DNA of 64,000 nt from Promethearchaeota archaeon (GTDB lineage Archaea > Asgardarchaeota > Lokiarchaeia > Sigyniarchaeales > SOKP01), in assembly GCA_016839705.1 (NCBI GenBank), contig JAEOTR010000057.1:62601-126600 (forward strand), given 5' to 3'. Shown here piece by piece: positions 29,690 to 38,270 of this stretch; within the stretch, counting starts at the first letter, position 1, and each line of letters opens with the position of its first letter. A model generated the notes under the pieces. The model did not search any database, was not told where the DNA came from, and worked only from the letters and a program-made list of their open reading frames with translations. Made by a program: the position numbers and the translations under genes.

Positions 29690-31495
29690 CTAAAATGATC
29701 CGATAGCGTCATAAGTATTCTTTTGTGATTTTCCCCTCTCCCATTCATTCCTAAGGATAAATTTCTGAATAAAATCATTTGCATTTTTTGGTAATTCTTT
29801 TTTAAATTCAATATAACGTGGAACCATAAAATATGCAAGGTTTTGCTTTAAAAAGTCATATAACTCTTTAGGAGTGATTTTAGCCCCTCTTTTAATTGTA
29901 GCACATATTTTTAATTCTTTATCAGTAGAATTTTCATCAATAACCTCAAAAACAGCGCTTCCAATAATAAGGGGATGGGAATTTGCTACTATTTCAATAT
30001 CTATCGCAAAAAATGTATGTTCTCCTCTTATAATCATATCTGATTTCCTTCCTAAGTAATAAATGAAGCCTTCATGATCTGAATAACCAAAATCACCGGT
30101 GTAAAACCATCTTTCCTTTCTTTTTCTCGGTGTCGTTTCATTTTGCAAGTTATAATATTCAAGGTCAAAAGGAAGTCTCAATCTTGCACAAATTTCACCA
30201 ATTTGATTCCGACCAGGAAGTTTTTCAATTCCTTCTGAATCAACGATTTTAACCTCAAATCCTACAGCCGGCTTTCCTATTGATCCGAGTTTTCCTCCTT
30301 TTGAACCTTCAGTATTAATTGTAAGTCCAATACCCTCAACTAGAGACCACATTTCGATAATTTGTGCTCCAAATCGTCTTTCAAAAGTTTCCCACACTTC
30401 TTTTAAGGCACCGGCACCAAAAGCGTATTGAATTGAATGATTTCTATCTACTTGTTTTGGTGGTTGATTTACTAATGCTGTTAAATATGCACCATAATAA
30501 CAAAAACAATTAGGTTTGTAGAGATTGATATCATTCCAAAAAGTTGAAATGTCAAATTTTTCTGCTATTATTATCGATCCATCAAAATATATTACGGGAA
30601 TTATTACAAAATATCGCGCAAATCCTTGAAATAATGGTAATGGACAATATAATTTTATTTTATCGTTATTAAATCCTAATTTTTCCCATCCTCTTCCAAT
30701 ACTAATTCCTGACAGAGTATAATAATTTCTGTACAAAACACCTTTTGGTGTACCCATAGTTCCTGAAGTGTATGAGATTTCAAGAGGATGATAATTATTT
30801 ACATTAATAGTCGTATTTTCTGAATTTTTTGAGAAGAAACTTTCAAAATCCATACTTTTTTCTTCGAATTTATAATCACCTGGAGCATTTCGAATAATTA
30901 TTTTCTTAATATTAGGTAAATTCTCTCTAATCTCTTCAAAATTAGGGTAATATTCATAGTCGATTATTAAAATTTCAGTTTCACTATTTTTCAAGACAAA
31001 TTCTAATAGGTCTTTTTTTAATAAATAGCTAATAGGTACAAAAATACATCCTGCTTTAGCCACACCAAACCAACAAAAAATAGATTCTGGACAATTAGGA
31101 AATATTAAAGAAATTTTCGGATTATTTAATTTTAATTTTTTATTTAATTTTATAAGTGCATGGGCTATTTGATTTGAAATTTGGTTTGTATCTTGATATG
31201 AATACATTTTGTCTTGAAAAAAGATAAATGGCTTATTTTTATTCAATGATGCTTTACTTTCTATTATTTTAGTGATTGTAGCGTCTTTAACTTCATATTC
31301 TTTTGTAAGTTCACTTAAATTATAGATCTTACGAATTTGCATATGCTCTCCTATTAAATCTACCAAGACTTCTTCTTTATCTCTAAAAGGAAAATCAAAA
31401 TCTTTAGAAATTTTACTGGGAATATAAACCCAATAACTATCATATCTACGATTGCCTGATTTCCTTTTTAAAATTCTTCCTTTTCCTGTTTTCAT
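29690..31495 (-). CDS. CaiC-like AMP-binding acyl-CoA ligase domain fused to an N-terminal AbrB-like domain
   Basis: YTSGTMGTPKG, WFYTGD, GRKSD, FMVPRYIEF; N-terminal YWVYIPSKISKD..FPF...EEVLVDL. Confidence 0.8.
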   Translation of the reverse strand: MKTGKGRILKRKSGNRRYDSYWVYIPSKISKDFDFPFRDKEEVLVDLIGEHMQIRKIYNLSELTKEYEVKDATITKIIESKASLNKNKPFIFFQDKMYSYQDTNQISNQIAHALIKLNKKLKLNNPKISLIFPNCPESIFCWFGVAKAGCIFVPISYLLKKDLLEFVLKNSETEILIIDYEYYPNFEEIRENLPNIKKIIIRNAPGDYKFEEKSMDFESFFSKNSENTTINVNNYHPLEISYTSGTMGTPKGVLYRNYYTLSGISIGRGWEKLGFNNDKIKLYCPLPLFQGFARYFVIIPVIYFDGSIIIAEKFDISTFWNDINLYKPNCFCYYGAYLTALVNQPPKQVDRNHSIQYAFGAGALKEVWETFERRFGAQIIEMWSLVEGIGLTINTEGSKGGKLGSIGKPAVGFEVKIVDSEGIEKLPGRNQIGEICARLRLPFDLEYYNLQNETTPRKRKERWFYTGDFGYSDHEGFIYYLGRKSDMIIRGEHTFFAIDIEIVANSHPLIIGSAVFEVIDENSTDKELKICATIKRGAKITPKELYDFLKQNLAYFMVPRYIEFKKELPKNANDFIQKFILRNEWERGKSQKNTYDAIGSF

Positions 31496-31521
31496 TACAG
31501 CTTATTTAACTTACCAATGTG

Positions 31522-31549
31522 CTATAGTAATTAAAGAATCCTATAGTAA
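31522..31549. promoter_or_regulatory. CTATAGTAA direct repeat upstream of the AbrB-ligase fusion gene
   Basis: CTATAGTAA at 31522-31530 and 31541-31549. Confidence 0.4.
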
Positions 31550-31582
31550 AAAATATGCCACTAATTTAACTTTTCTAAAAAT

Positions 31583-33640
31583 TCACTTTAAAGGTATTTG
31601 ATCATATTCTTGCTTTATCGTAGGAAATTTGTCAAGATTATAGTGTGGAAAATAGAGAGAGAAGGTATATTCGCTCTGAAATATTGGTGATGATGCAATT
31701 TCTCGATATCTAATTTTATAAGCAATTTCATTTGCCAAATATCTTTGCTCGAAATCTTTTATAAATAATTGTGCCCCTACACCCGCTGAATTCCCTATTT
31801 GGAAAATGTTATCTTGATCAACTTCAGGGAATAAACCTATAAAGGCAGCACTTTTTTTATTAATATAAGTTCCAAATCCACCTGCTAGAAGAATCTGCTC
31901 AATATCATTTACGGTTTTGTTTTCCATTTTAAGTAATATATTGGCTGCAGCTAAGAATGCTCCTTTTGCTAATTGAAGCTGATTTATATCCTTCTGAGAA
32001 ATTGTAATTTCCCTAATAATATCTTGATTAGTATCTGTTTGAAAGGATTCATTATCCCATTTTTCACTGTATATAATGTAATGGTATCCATCTTCTTTTT
32101 TCACAACCCTTCGGTGTTTAATTACTTCTTCCAATTTACTATTAAATTTTCCAGCGCGAGTAATAATCTTTGATTTCAACATTTCAGCTACAATATCAAT
32201 AAGTCCCGAACCACATAATCCAAGTGGGGTTTGGTTTCCTATTACATCTATAGAAGGTTCTAATGTTTCTCTATCTATAATTACTGATTCAATTGCACCC
32301 TCTGAGGCTCTCATACCATACGAAATATGAGCACCCTCCAAAGCTGAACCTGCAGCGCATGAACCTGCAACAAGACCTTTCCTATTTCCCATTACAAGTT
32401 CTCCATTAGTCCCAATATCAATCAATAGAGAATATTTTTTGAATGTATTAATTTTAGATGATATAATGCCTCCAATTGTATCTGTTCCTACATAACCTGC
32501 AACCACAGGAGGAGAATATACATTTACATTTGGATTACATTTAATACCAAGAGTACCAGCTCTTAAATTAATTGGAGCTTTAAATACGGGATTGTAAGGT
32601 GAAACTGCCAAAAACTCAGAGGGTATTCCAAAAACCATATGGTGTATTGCTGTATTACCTACAATAGAAATATCTCTTACTTCTGAAATAGAAATGTTTG
32701 CCTTATTACAACAATCCTCGAGTATTTGATTAATAGCATCAATAATTAACTCTTTAGCCATATTAATCGCGTTATTCTTTACGATATGAGTAATTCTTGA
32801 AATTATATCTTCGCCGATCATAATTTGAGGATTCAACAGTGCTGATATAGCCGCAATCTCACCTGTTTTTAAATAAATTAGATATCCAACAATAGTTGTT
32901 GTACCAATATCTAATGCTAATCCAAATAACTTGTCAGATACATTTCCCTCATCAATATCATAAAGTACCCATGGTTCGTCCAAGGACAATTTTCGGAAAA
33001 AGGCTGTTATTTTACCATTTTGATTTCTCAAAATATATGGAAGCTTTTTTATAACCTCATAAAGTGAATCGTTTAAAAAGCATAACATGGTATCATTAAA
33101 TATTTTAAATTTATCGCTTTTTGCTATTACAGCATCTTCTAGACGAGACAAATCATTCTTTGGATTGTTTATATCTGCATTTTTTACTTCAAATAATTGG
33201 GAGGTAATAATAGGTTGAATTTTAATGTTATTATTGATTCCAAGGGATTCTAAATCTGAATCAACTAAAATTCTGGGACCTTTTGGAATTAATGAATCAG
33301 TAAGATATATTCTTAGATCTCCTAAAATTTTTGTTTGACACGTTAACCTGTAACCCTCTGATATTTTTTCATTGCCTAAAATTTTTATTTCTTTCTCGGT
33401 TGGTTCTGAAATTTTAGGATCAGAATCCAAAATATGAATGATGCATTTTCCACAAGTTCCTTCACCTCCGCAAAAGGCACCTATTGGAAAGTTTAATGCC
33501 AGAATTGCTTCATAAATCAATAAACCTTTATCCACACTTATTCGCTTGGAAGTAGGTTCTAAAATAAGACTAAATCTCTTTTTCTCTATATCAGTGCCCC
33601 TCTTAGTTTGGAAATCCCTTGTATATTTTAAAAAAAACAA
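31583..33640 (-). CDS. ASKHA-type reductive activator of corrinoid proteins (RACE/AcsV, DUF4445) with N-terminal 2Fe-2S domain
   Basis: CGGEGTCGKC...RLTC, DIGTTT, DIGTNGE, AAGSALEG, GLCGSG, LAGGFG, GNSAG. Confidence 0.9.
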   Translation of the reverse strand: MFFLKYTRDFQTKRGTDIEKKRFSLILEPTSKRISVDKGLLIYEAILALNFPIGAFCGGEGTCGKCIIHILDSDPKISEPTEKEIKILGNEKISEGYRLTCQTKILGDLRIYLTDSLIPKGPRILVDSDLESLGINNNIKIQPIITSQLFEVKNADINNPKNDLSRLEDAVIAKSDKFKIFNDTMLCFLNDSLYEVIKKLPYILRNQNGKITAFFRKLSLDEPWVLYDIDEGNVSDKLFGLALDIGTTTIVGYLIYLKTGEIAAISALLNPQIMIGEDIISRITHIVKNNAINMAKELIIDAINQILEDCCNKANISISEVRDISIVGNTAIHHMVFGIPSEFLAVSPYNPVFKAPINLRAGTLGIKCNPNVNVYSPPVVAGYVGTDTIGGIISSKINTFKKYSLLIDIGTNGELVMGNRKGLVAGSCAAGSALEGAHISYGMRASEGAIESVIIDRETLEPSIDVIGNQTPLGLCGSGLIDIVAEMLKSKIITRAGKFNSKLEEVIKHRRVVKKEDGYHYIIYSEKWDNESFQTDTNQDIIREITISQKDINQLQLAKGAFLAAANILLKMENKTVNDIEQILLAGGFGTYINKKSAAFIGLFPEVDQDNIFQIGNSAGVGAQLFIKDFEQRYLANEIAYKIRYREIASSPIFQSEYTFSLYFPHYNLDKFPTIKQEYDQIPLK

Positions 33641-33652
33641 CCCAACGGTGCA

Positions 33653-34324
33653 TTAAAAAATTTTTGTTTTTAACCACTTCTCAATAATATCAACACCATG
33701 TAAAGCGTCTGTAGCATAAGCATCTGCGTTAGTTTCTTCTGCTATCTCTTGTGATACAGCAGCACCACCTAAAATTACTTTTACTTTGTTTTTTAATTCT
33801 CCAGTTTTCAATAAACTCATTACTTCTTTAATTCTGGGTTCTGCAGCAGAAAGAAGAAAAGATATACCTATAACCTTAACTTCTGGTAAATGGGCGAATT
33901 CTTCAAACTTTTTAGGTTCTACATCAACACCAAGATCAATGACATCCATACCGTATGATTTCATTATAATACCTGCTATATTTTTTCCCAAACTATGAAT
34001 ATCTCCTCTTATTGTCCCGATTACAACTTTTCCAGAATAATTTTGAGATTTAGCCAATCTTTTCTGCTCTTCCTCATCGATAGAAATGATTTCTCCATCA
34101 AGAGCTTCAGCAGCTAATATGAGTCCCATTTCTCCTGATTCTTCTAATCCTACTAATACTCCTTTTTTAATTATATCAACCATCGGGATCCTCATATTTA
34201 TAGCTTCTCTAATTGCTATCTTCATTGAATAAAAATCAAGTATATTAACAGCTTCTATGATTTCATTAATATAATGTTCATCACTTTTCTTTACTTCTTT
34301 ATATTCTGTACTTATGTTTTTCAT
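33653..34324 (-). CDS. Methyltransferase corrinoid protein (MtaC-like B12-binding domain)
   Basis: GTIRGDIHSLGKN (DxHxxG), DLGVDV, ILGGAAV, ADAYATDA. Confidence 0.88.
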   Translation of the reverse strand: MKNISTEYKEVKKSDEHYINEIIEAVNILDFYSMKIAIREAINMRIPMVDIIKKGVLVGLEESGEMGLILAAEALDGEIISIDEEEQKRLAKSQNYSGKVVIGTIRGDIHSLGKNIAGIIMKSYGMDVIDLGVDVEPKKFEEFAHLPEVKVIGISFLLSAAEPRIKEVMSLLKTGELKNKVKVILGGAAVSQEIAEETNADAYATDALHGVDIIEKWLKTKIF

Positions 34325-34365
34325 AGTGTGGACTTATCTTTCTAATTTTCTTATGATTTATTATA

Positions 34366-35151
34366 TTAAACTATTAATACAATGCCATGCCAGACAACAA
34401 AGGGTACAGATTCTTCTGGATGTTCGGGATTAATTACAAATGGTGCCTTTTCGCCACATTTAACTGCAGTAGCAAAACTATCTACTCCACAAGCTTCTAA
34501 AGCTGGTCGAGCTCTTAAATATTGTCGACACATTTGATTATCGAGTACAGGACAGAGTGGTATCTTTTTTTGCTGCATTAAATCTTTGAAATATTCAGGA
34601 GAAAAAAATCCACACCCTACACAAGGACCTCCTTTAAATCCCATAGCAAGATAATATCCCATGTATGTTGCTTCACCTTCAATCATTCCAACCATTTGAG
34701 TTAATAAATTAACATCTCCTTGAACACCCAGAAAAATGCTAGGAAAAACATGATTTTTTATTGGGGGGTAGAATGAAATTAATATAGCATGTTTATAGCT
34801 GTTCACAATTTCTCTCATCTGTTCGGTAGTAGGAGAATGTGGAGGACAATTCAAGCTCGTTCCAAAACCAAAACACACTGGAATTTGACATTTCCACCTT
34901 ACACGTGGGTCTATTACAATATTATCTGTTGTTATTAATTTCGCATGACCACTAGCTTTAATCTTTGCTTTTGCAATAATATCATTTATGATTTGATTAG
35001 AACGTTCAATGAGTTCTTCAAAAACTTTTTCATCAGGTTCAAACTTAATTGGAGAGGGTGGTCTATCCTTCTTTTTTGGTAATAACCTTCGCCATTTATA
35101 AGATATCTTTGACCATTCTCTCTCAATTTCAGGAATTAATTTCTGTTCCAT
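34366..35151 (-). CDS. DUF2284 Cys-rich predicted metal-binding protein
   Basis: VIDPRVRWKC...CPP, GPCVGC, C...C, RPALEACGVD. Confidence 0.8.
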   Translation of the reverse strand: MEQKLIPEIEREWSKISYKWRRLLPKKKDRPPSPIKFEPDEKVFEELIERSNQIINDIIAKAKIKASGHAKLITTDNIVIDPRVRWKCQIPVCFGFGTSLNCPPHSPTTEQMREIVNSYKHAILISFYPPIKNHVFPSIFLGVQGDVNLLTQMVGMIEGEATYMGYYLAMGFKGGPCVGCGFFSPEYFKDLMQQKKIPLCPVLDNQMCRQYLRARPALEACGVDSFATAVKCGEKAPFVINPEHPEESVPFVVWHGIVLIV

Positions 35152-35177
35152 AAGATTTCAGCGTATGTTGTGCTTTT

Positions 35178-35272
35178 TATTTACTTAAATAATCATTTAT
35201 TCATTAAAAAAATATGATGATTTACTGACGTAAAATAATTTCTTGTCAGTAAAAAACTTATTTAAGTAAATA
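35178..35272. promoter_or_regulatory. Nested inverted repeats upstream of the DUF2284-corrinoid-RACE operon
   Basis: 15-bp perfect inverted repeat (35178-35192 / 35258-35272) enclosing TTTACTGAC-N15-GTCAGTAAA (35221-35253). Confidence 0.6.
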
Positions 35273-35464
35273 TTAAATTTCTATTATTTATAAAGCTAGT
35301 CAATTTTAAATGAATGTAAAATTAAGCATAGGTATGTAAATCCTCGATTTTTTGCCATCCCCGAAGGGAGATTACCAGAAGATAAATTTTTTGAACTCGT
35401 TGAAGAAGCTCGGAAAAACAGAACTACCGCGTTACTTCTAAATAATAGAAGAAGTTTTACTCTT

Positions 35465-36343
35465 TTAAATTAATAATTTGGGGTATTTGTTTTCTCTTCT
35501 AATTTCAATGTCAATAATCTTGTCCAATAATTTTTTACGTTCTTTACTGACTAAAACCTCTAATTTTCTAATATTTAATGGATCCACCCTTTCTCTCAAA
35601 AGAGAGATTTCAGAAATCGTTGGTGGCTCTGTTTCCGTCAATTTATCTGGAATGATTAATTCAAACCCAGTTGAGTCCTTAAGAGTTTCAAGTTCAACAC
35701 CAGGATGAAGTGATCCTAATTTCATACATTTAGCTTTCTTATCAAAATCTAAATAAGCAAGATTAGTAATAACACACTGTGGACCTGAACCACCACAAAT
35801 GGAAGGCTTTCCGTCAGGAAATCCGACACCAGAAATAAAATCAAGTTTTTCAGAAGGAACAAAAGTTCTTGTGTCATGTCGAGGTGTATAGAGGAAAGAC
35901 CCACGGGCATAGAACATGCTAAAATCAAGGATACCTGCTGCCCCTGGAAGCCTAATTTTTGGCTTTTCCCATTCTCCAATACAAATATTATTTGTATTCC
36001 CATACTGATCAATTTGAGCAGGTCTAAAAAATTCAATAGTAGTTAGCTTATCAGAAGGAAGAGATTCTAAAGTACATTCTACACTGTCTTGAAATCGATA
36101 AGCTCTTGCTGTATTCATCTCAAGGTAGAGTAAACTCACTTGGCGAGGTTCCCCAACAAATGTATTTCCCATAATATAGTGATATATGGCATCTGGAGCA
36201 TGAGTTAATTTTGCTAAAGTGAACGCAGCCCAAACCATTGGAGTTGCCACACCAACAATCATTACATCATCATTTCTGACTTCTCTCGACATTAAAACGG
36301 TCATTATCTCATCTATACTATAATCTTTTGAATATTCACTCAT
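35465..36343 (-). CDS. CoA-transferase family (GctB/IpdB-like) beta subunit; start moved to ATG 36343
   Basis: AQIDQYGNTN, RLPGAAG, GPQCVITNL, HPGV...TGF. SD GGAGGA at 36356-36351. Confidence 0.85.
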   Translation of the reverse strand: MSEYSKDYSIDEIMTVLMSREVRNDDVMIVGVATPMVWAAFTLAKLTHAPDAIYHYIMGNTFVGEPRQVSLLYLEMNTARAYRFQDSVECTLESLPSDKLTTIEFFRPAQIDQYGNTNNICIGEWEKPKIRLPGAAGILDFSMFYARGSFLYTPRHDTRTFVPSEKLDFISGVGFPDGKPSICGGSGPQCVITNLAYLDFDKKAKCMKLGSLHPGVELETLKDSTGFELIIPDKLTETEPPTISEISLLRERVDPLNIRKLEVLVSKERKKLLDKIIDIEIRRENKYPKLLI

Positions 36344-36369
36344 TTCTGTTTCCTCCAATTTGAACATTC

Positions 36370-37161
36370 TTAATTATTTCCTTCTAACCATACCTTAAGT
36401 GCGGTTTTTACTGATCTCCTCATTTCTTTTGAAAAATCCGCCCCAGATTTACGAAGATATACATCTTGTCCTAAATTTTTAGCATTTTTTTCAACAATCT
36501 TCCTGTCTACATTCTTGAACATTTCTGTTAATTCCTCCTCATTTAACCTTTGGTACTTATTTTCGAAATGGATAAATTTTTGAGGAAATCGTGATGTTAA
36601 GGGTATTTTTTCTTTATCTCCTTTCGGGTATCCAAAACAAACCATTGCTATGGGAAATACCCATTTTGAAAGATTAAACATTTCTTTATGGATTTCATAA
36701 TTTTCCATAATATCACCAATATAACAAGAACCTATTCCTAAAGATTCTGCGGTTATAACGGCATTCTGAGCAGCTATTAAGGCATCACAGGAAGCAAGTA
36801 GTAAATCAGATTCTTGAGGAGTTTGAAATTCTTTGCCAATATCGTTACATAATTCAGGAATCTTACATATATCAAAATAATCCCACCAACGTTGTAAATC
36901 TGCTAGGAATATTAAAACTAACGGTGCTTTAGCTATGTGTGGTTGGTTATCACATGTTTTAACTAACTTTTCTTTTATAACTTGATCCGTTATCTGAAGA
37001 ATTGAATACATCATCATATTCCCAGCGGTTGGAGCTCTCATAGCACCACGTATTATTATCTCAATCACTTCTTGTGTCAATTCTTTCTTATTATAAGCAC
37101 GAATAGTTTTTCTATTTTCTATCAATTTTAATGTTTCATTTTTCTCAACCAAATTCATCAA
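36370..37161 (-). CDS. NfsA/Frp-like nitroreductase
   Basis: RKTIRAY, APTAGNMM, DALIAAQN..AESLGIGSCYIG. Confidence 0.88.
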   Translation of the reverse strand: MMNLVEKNETLKLIENRKTIRAYNKKELTQEVIEIIIRGAMRAPTAGNMMMYSILQITDQVIKEKLVKTCDNQPHIAKAPLVLIFLADLQRWWDYFDICKIPELCNDIGKEFQTPQESDLLLASCDALIAAQNAVITAESLGIGSCYIGDIMENYEIHKEMFNLSKWVFPIAMVCFGYPKGDKEKIPLTSRFPQKFIHFENKYQRLNEEELTEMFKNVDRKIVEKNAKNLGQDVYLRKSGADFSKEMRRSVKTALKVWLEGNN

Positions 37162-37191
37162 CCCGTTAATTTTAAACTCTTTATTGTAATA

Positions 37192-38052
37192 TTAAAGAAG
37201 TATGTTGAGTATTGTTTTTGCCCCTCCCGCATTTTCTAAATAAAGAGTTTGAGAATTTATATCAATATATTTCTTTTTATAATTAGCAAAATCCGTTTTA
37301 AGATATTTCTGAATATGAATAGGATCATATGTATATATTGGATAACAACTTGTAGGGTGTGCTCCAAAAGGTATTTTGACAACTGCGTCAGTAGTTTGCT
37401 GTGGTATTTGTGCTTTTCCTGGTAAATATCTAATATCTTCCGTTTCTACGAGTTTTTCACATGTGATTATCGTTTTTTTTGCAGTTTTTGCCATATCTGC
37501 GTCCATCCATACAGCACCCGCGATATTTCCATTTCCGTATTCATCAGCATAAGGAACATGAATTATTGCTACATCTAAATCAATTTTAGGTACTGCCATT
37601 ACTTGAGTTCCAGAACCAAGAGGATCCTCAATTTGTTTGATATCACTCCTCACTTTTGGCATATCGGTTCCAATAATACCTTTCAGTGGCATAAATGGAA
37701 CTTTCAAGTAAGATGCCCTTAATCCTAATGCAATAGTAGCTTCACTTTCTTCAGAAACCTTAATAGAGCCTGTTTCAACTGCTTTTCTATAATGGGGCGC
37801 CATACCGAATATTTCCATCCCCACAAAACAACTTCTCACTTCAGAAACACACCCCGTAGCTATAAGCATATCTATATCAATTCCACCGACGAAAGTACAT
37901 ATAGAAAGATCCCTTTTGTTTTGTCGAACTATTTCTCTACAAGCACTAATTGCTTTTCTCCAAAAAGAAAGACCACCAATTCCAACAAGATCTCCATCTT
38001 GAACATACGTAGAAATTGCTTCTTCCAAAGATATCAGCTTAGGAGTCCTCAT
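37192..38052 (-). CDS. CoA-transferase family (GctA/IpdA-like) alpha subunit
   Basis: DGDLVGIGG, PFMP...GTD, DVAIIHV..ADEYGN, GAHPTSC. Confidence 0.88.
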   Translation of the reverse strand: MRTPKLISLEEAISTYVQDGDLVGIGGLSFWRKAISACREIVRQNKRDLSICTFVGGIDIDMLIATGCVSEVRSCFVGMEIFGMAPHYRKAVETGSIKVSEESEATIALGLRASYLKVPFMPLKGIIGTDMPKVRSDIKQIEDPLGSGTQVMAVPKIDLDVAIIHVPYADEYGNGNIAGAVWMDADMAKTAKKTIITCEKLVETEDIRYLPGKAQIPQQTTDAVVKIPFGAHPTSCYPIYTYDPIHIQKYLKTDFANYKKKYIDINSQTLYLENAGGAKTILNILL

Positions 38053-38165
38053 ATTATAACGCCCGATTAGGTTTAAATTGATATAATTTTAATCTTATCA
38101 ACTTATAATGGTTTATCAAATTAAAGAATTGAGAATGATTTTGTTTATTTAATGTATGTATATGA

Positions 38166-38190
38166 AAACGATTAACATAAAAATAATGAT
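38166..38190 (+). promoter_or_regulatory. Upstream element shared with ligase copy 3
   Basis: AAACGATTAACATAAAAATAATGAT; one mismatch to 44587-44611. Confidence 0.6.
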
Positions 38191-38270
38191 GCTTATATGA
38201 TCTAAATCATAAATCTTGAAATCATAAATAATAAAATTATAAAAAAAGAAATGTAAAAATGTGATTAAAT

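Noticed and set aside
31583-35151. Pyrrolysine or selenocysteine readthrough in the corrinoid cluster
   Set aside because: No in-frame TAG or TGA interrupts a recognisable domain; the ORFs appear complete.
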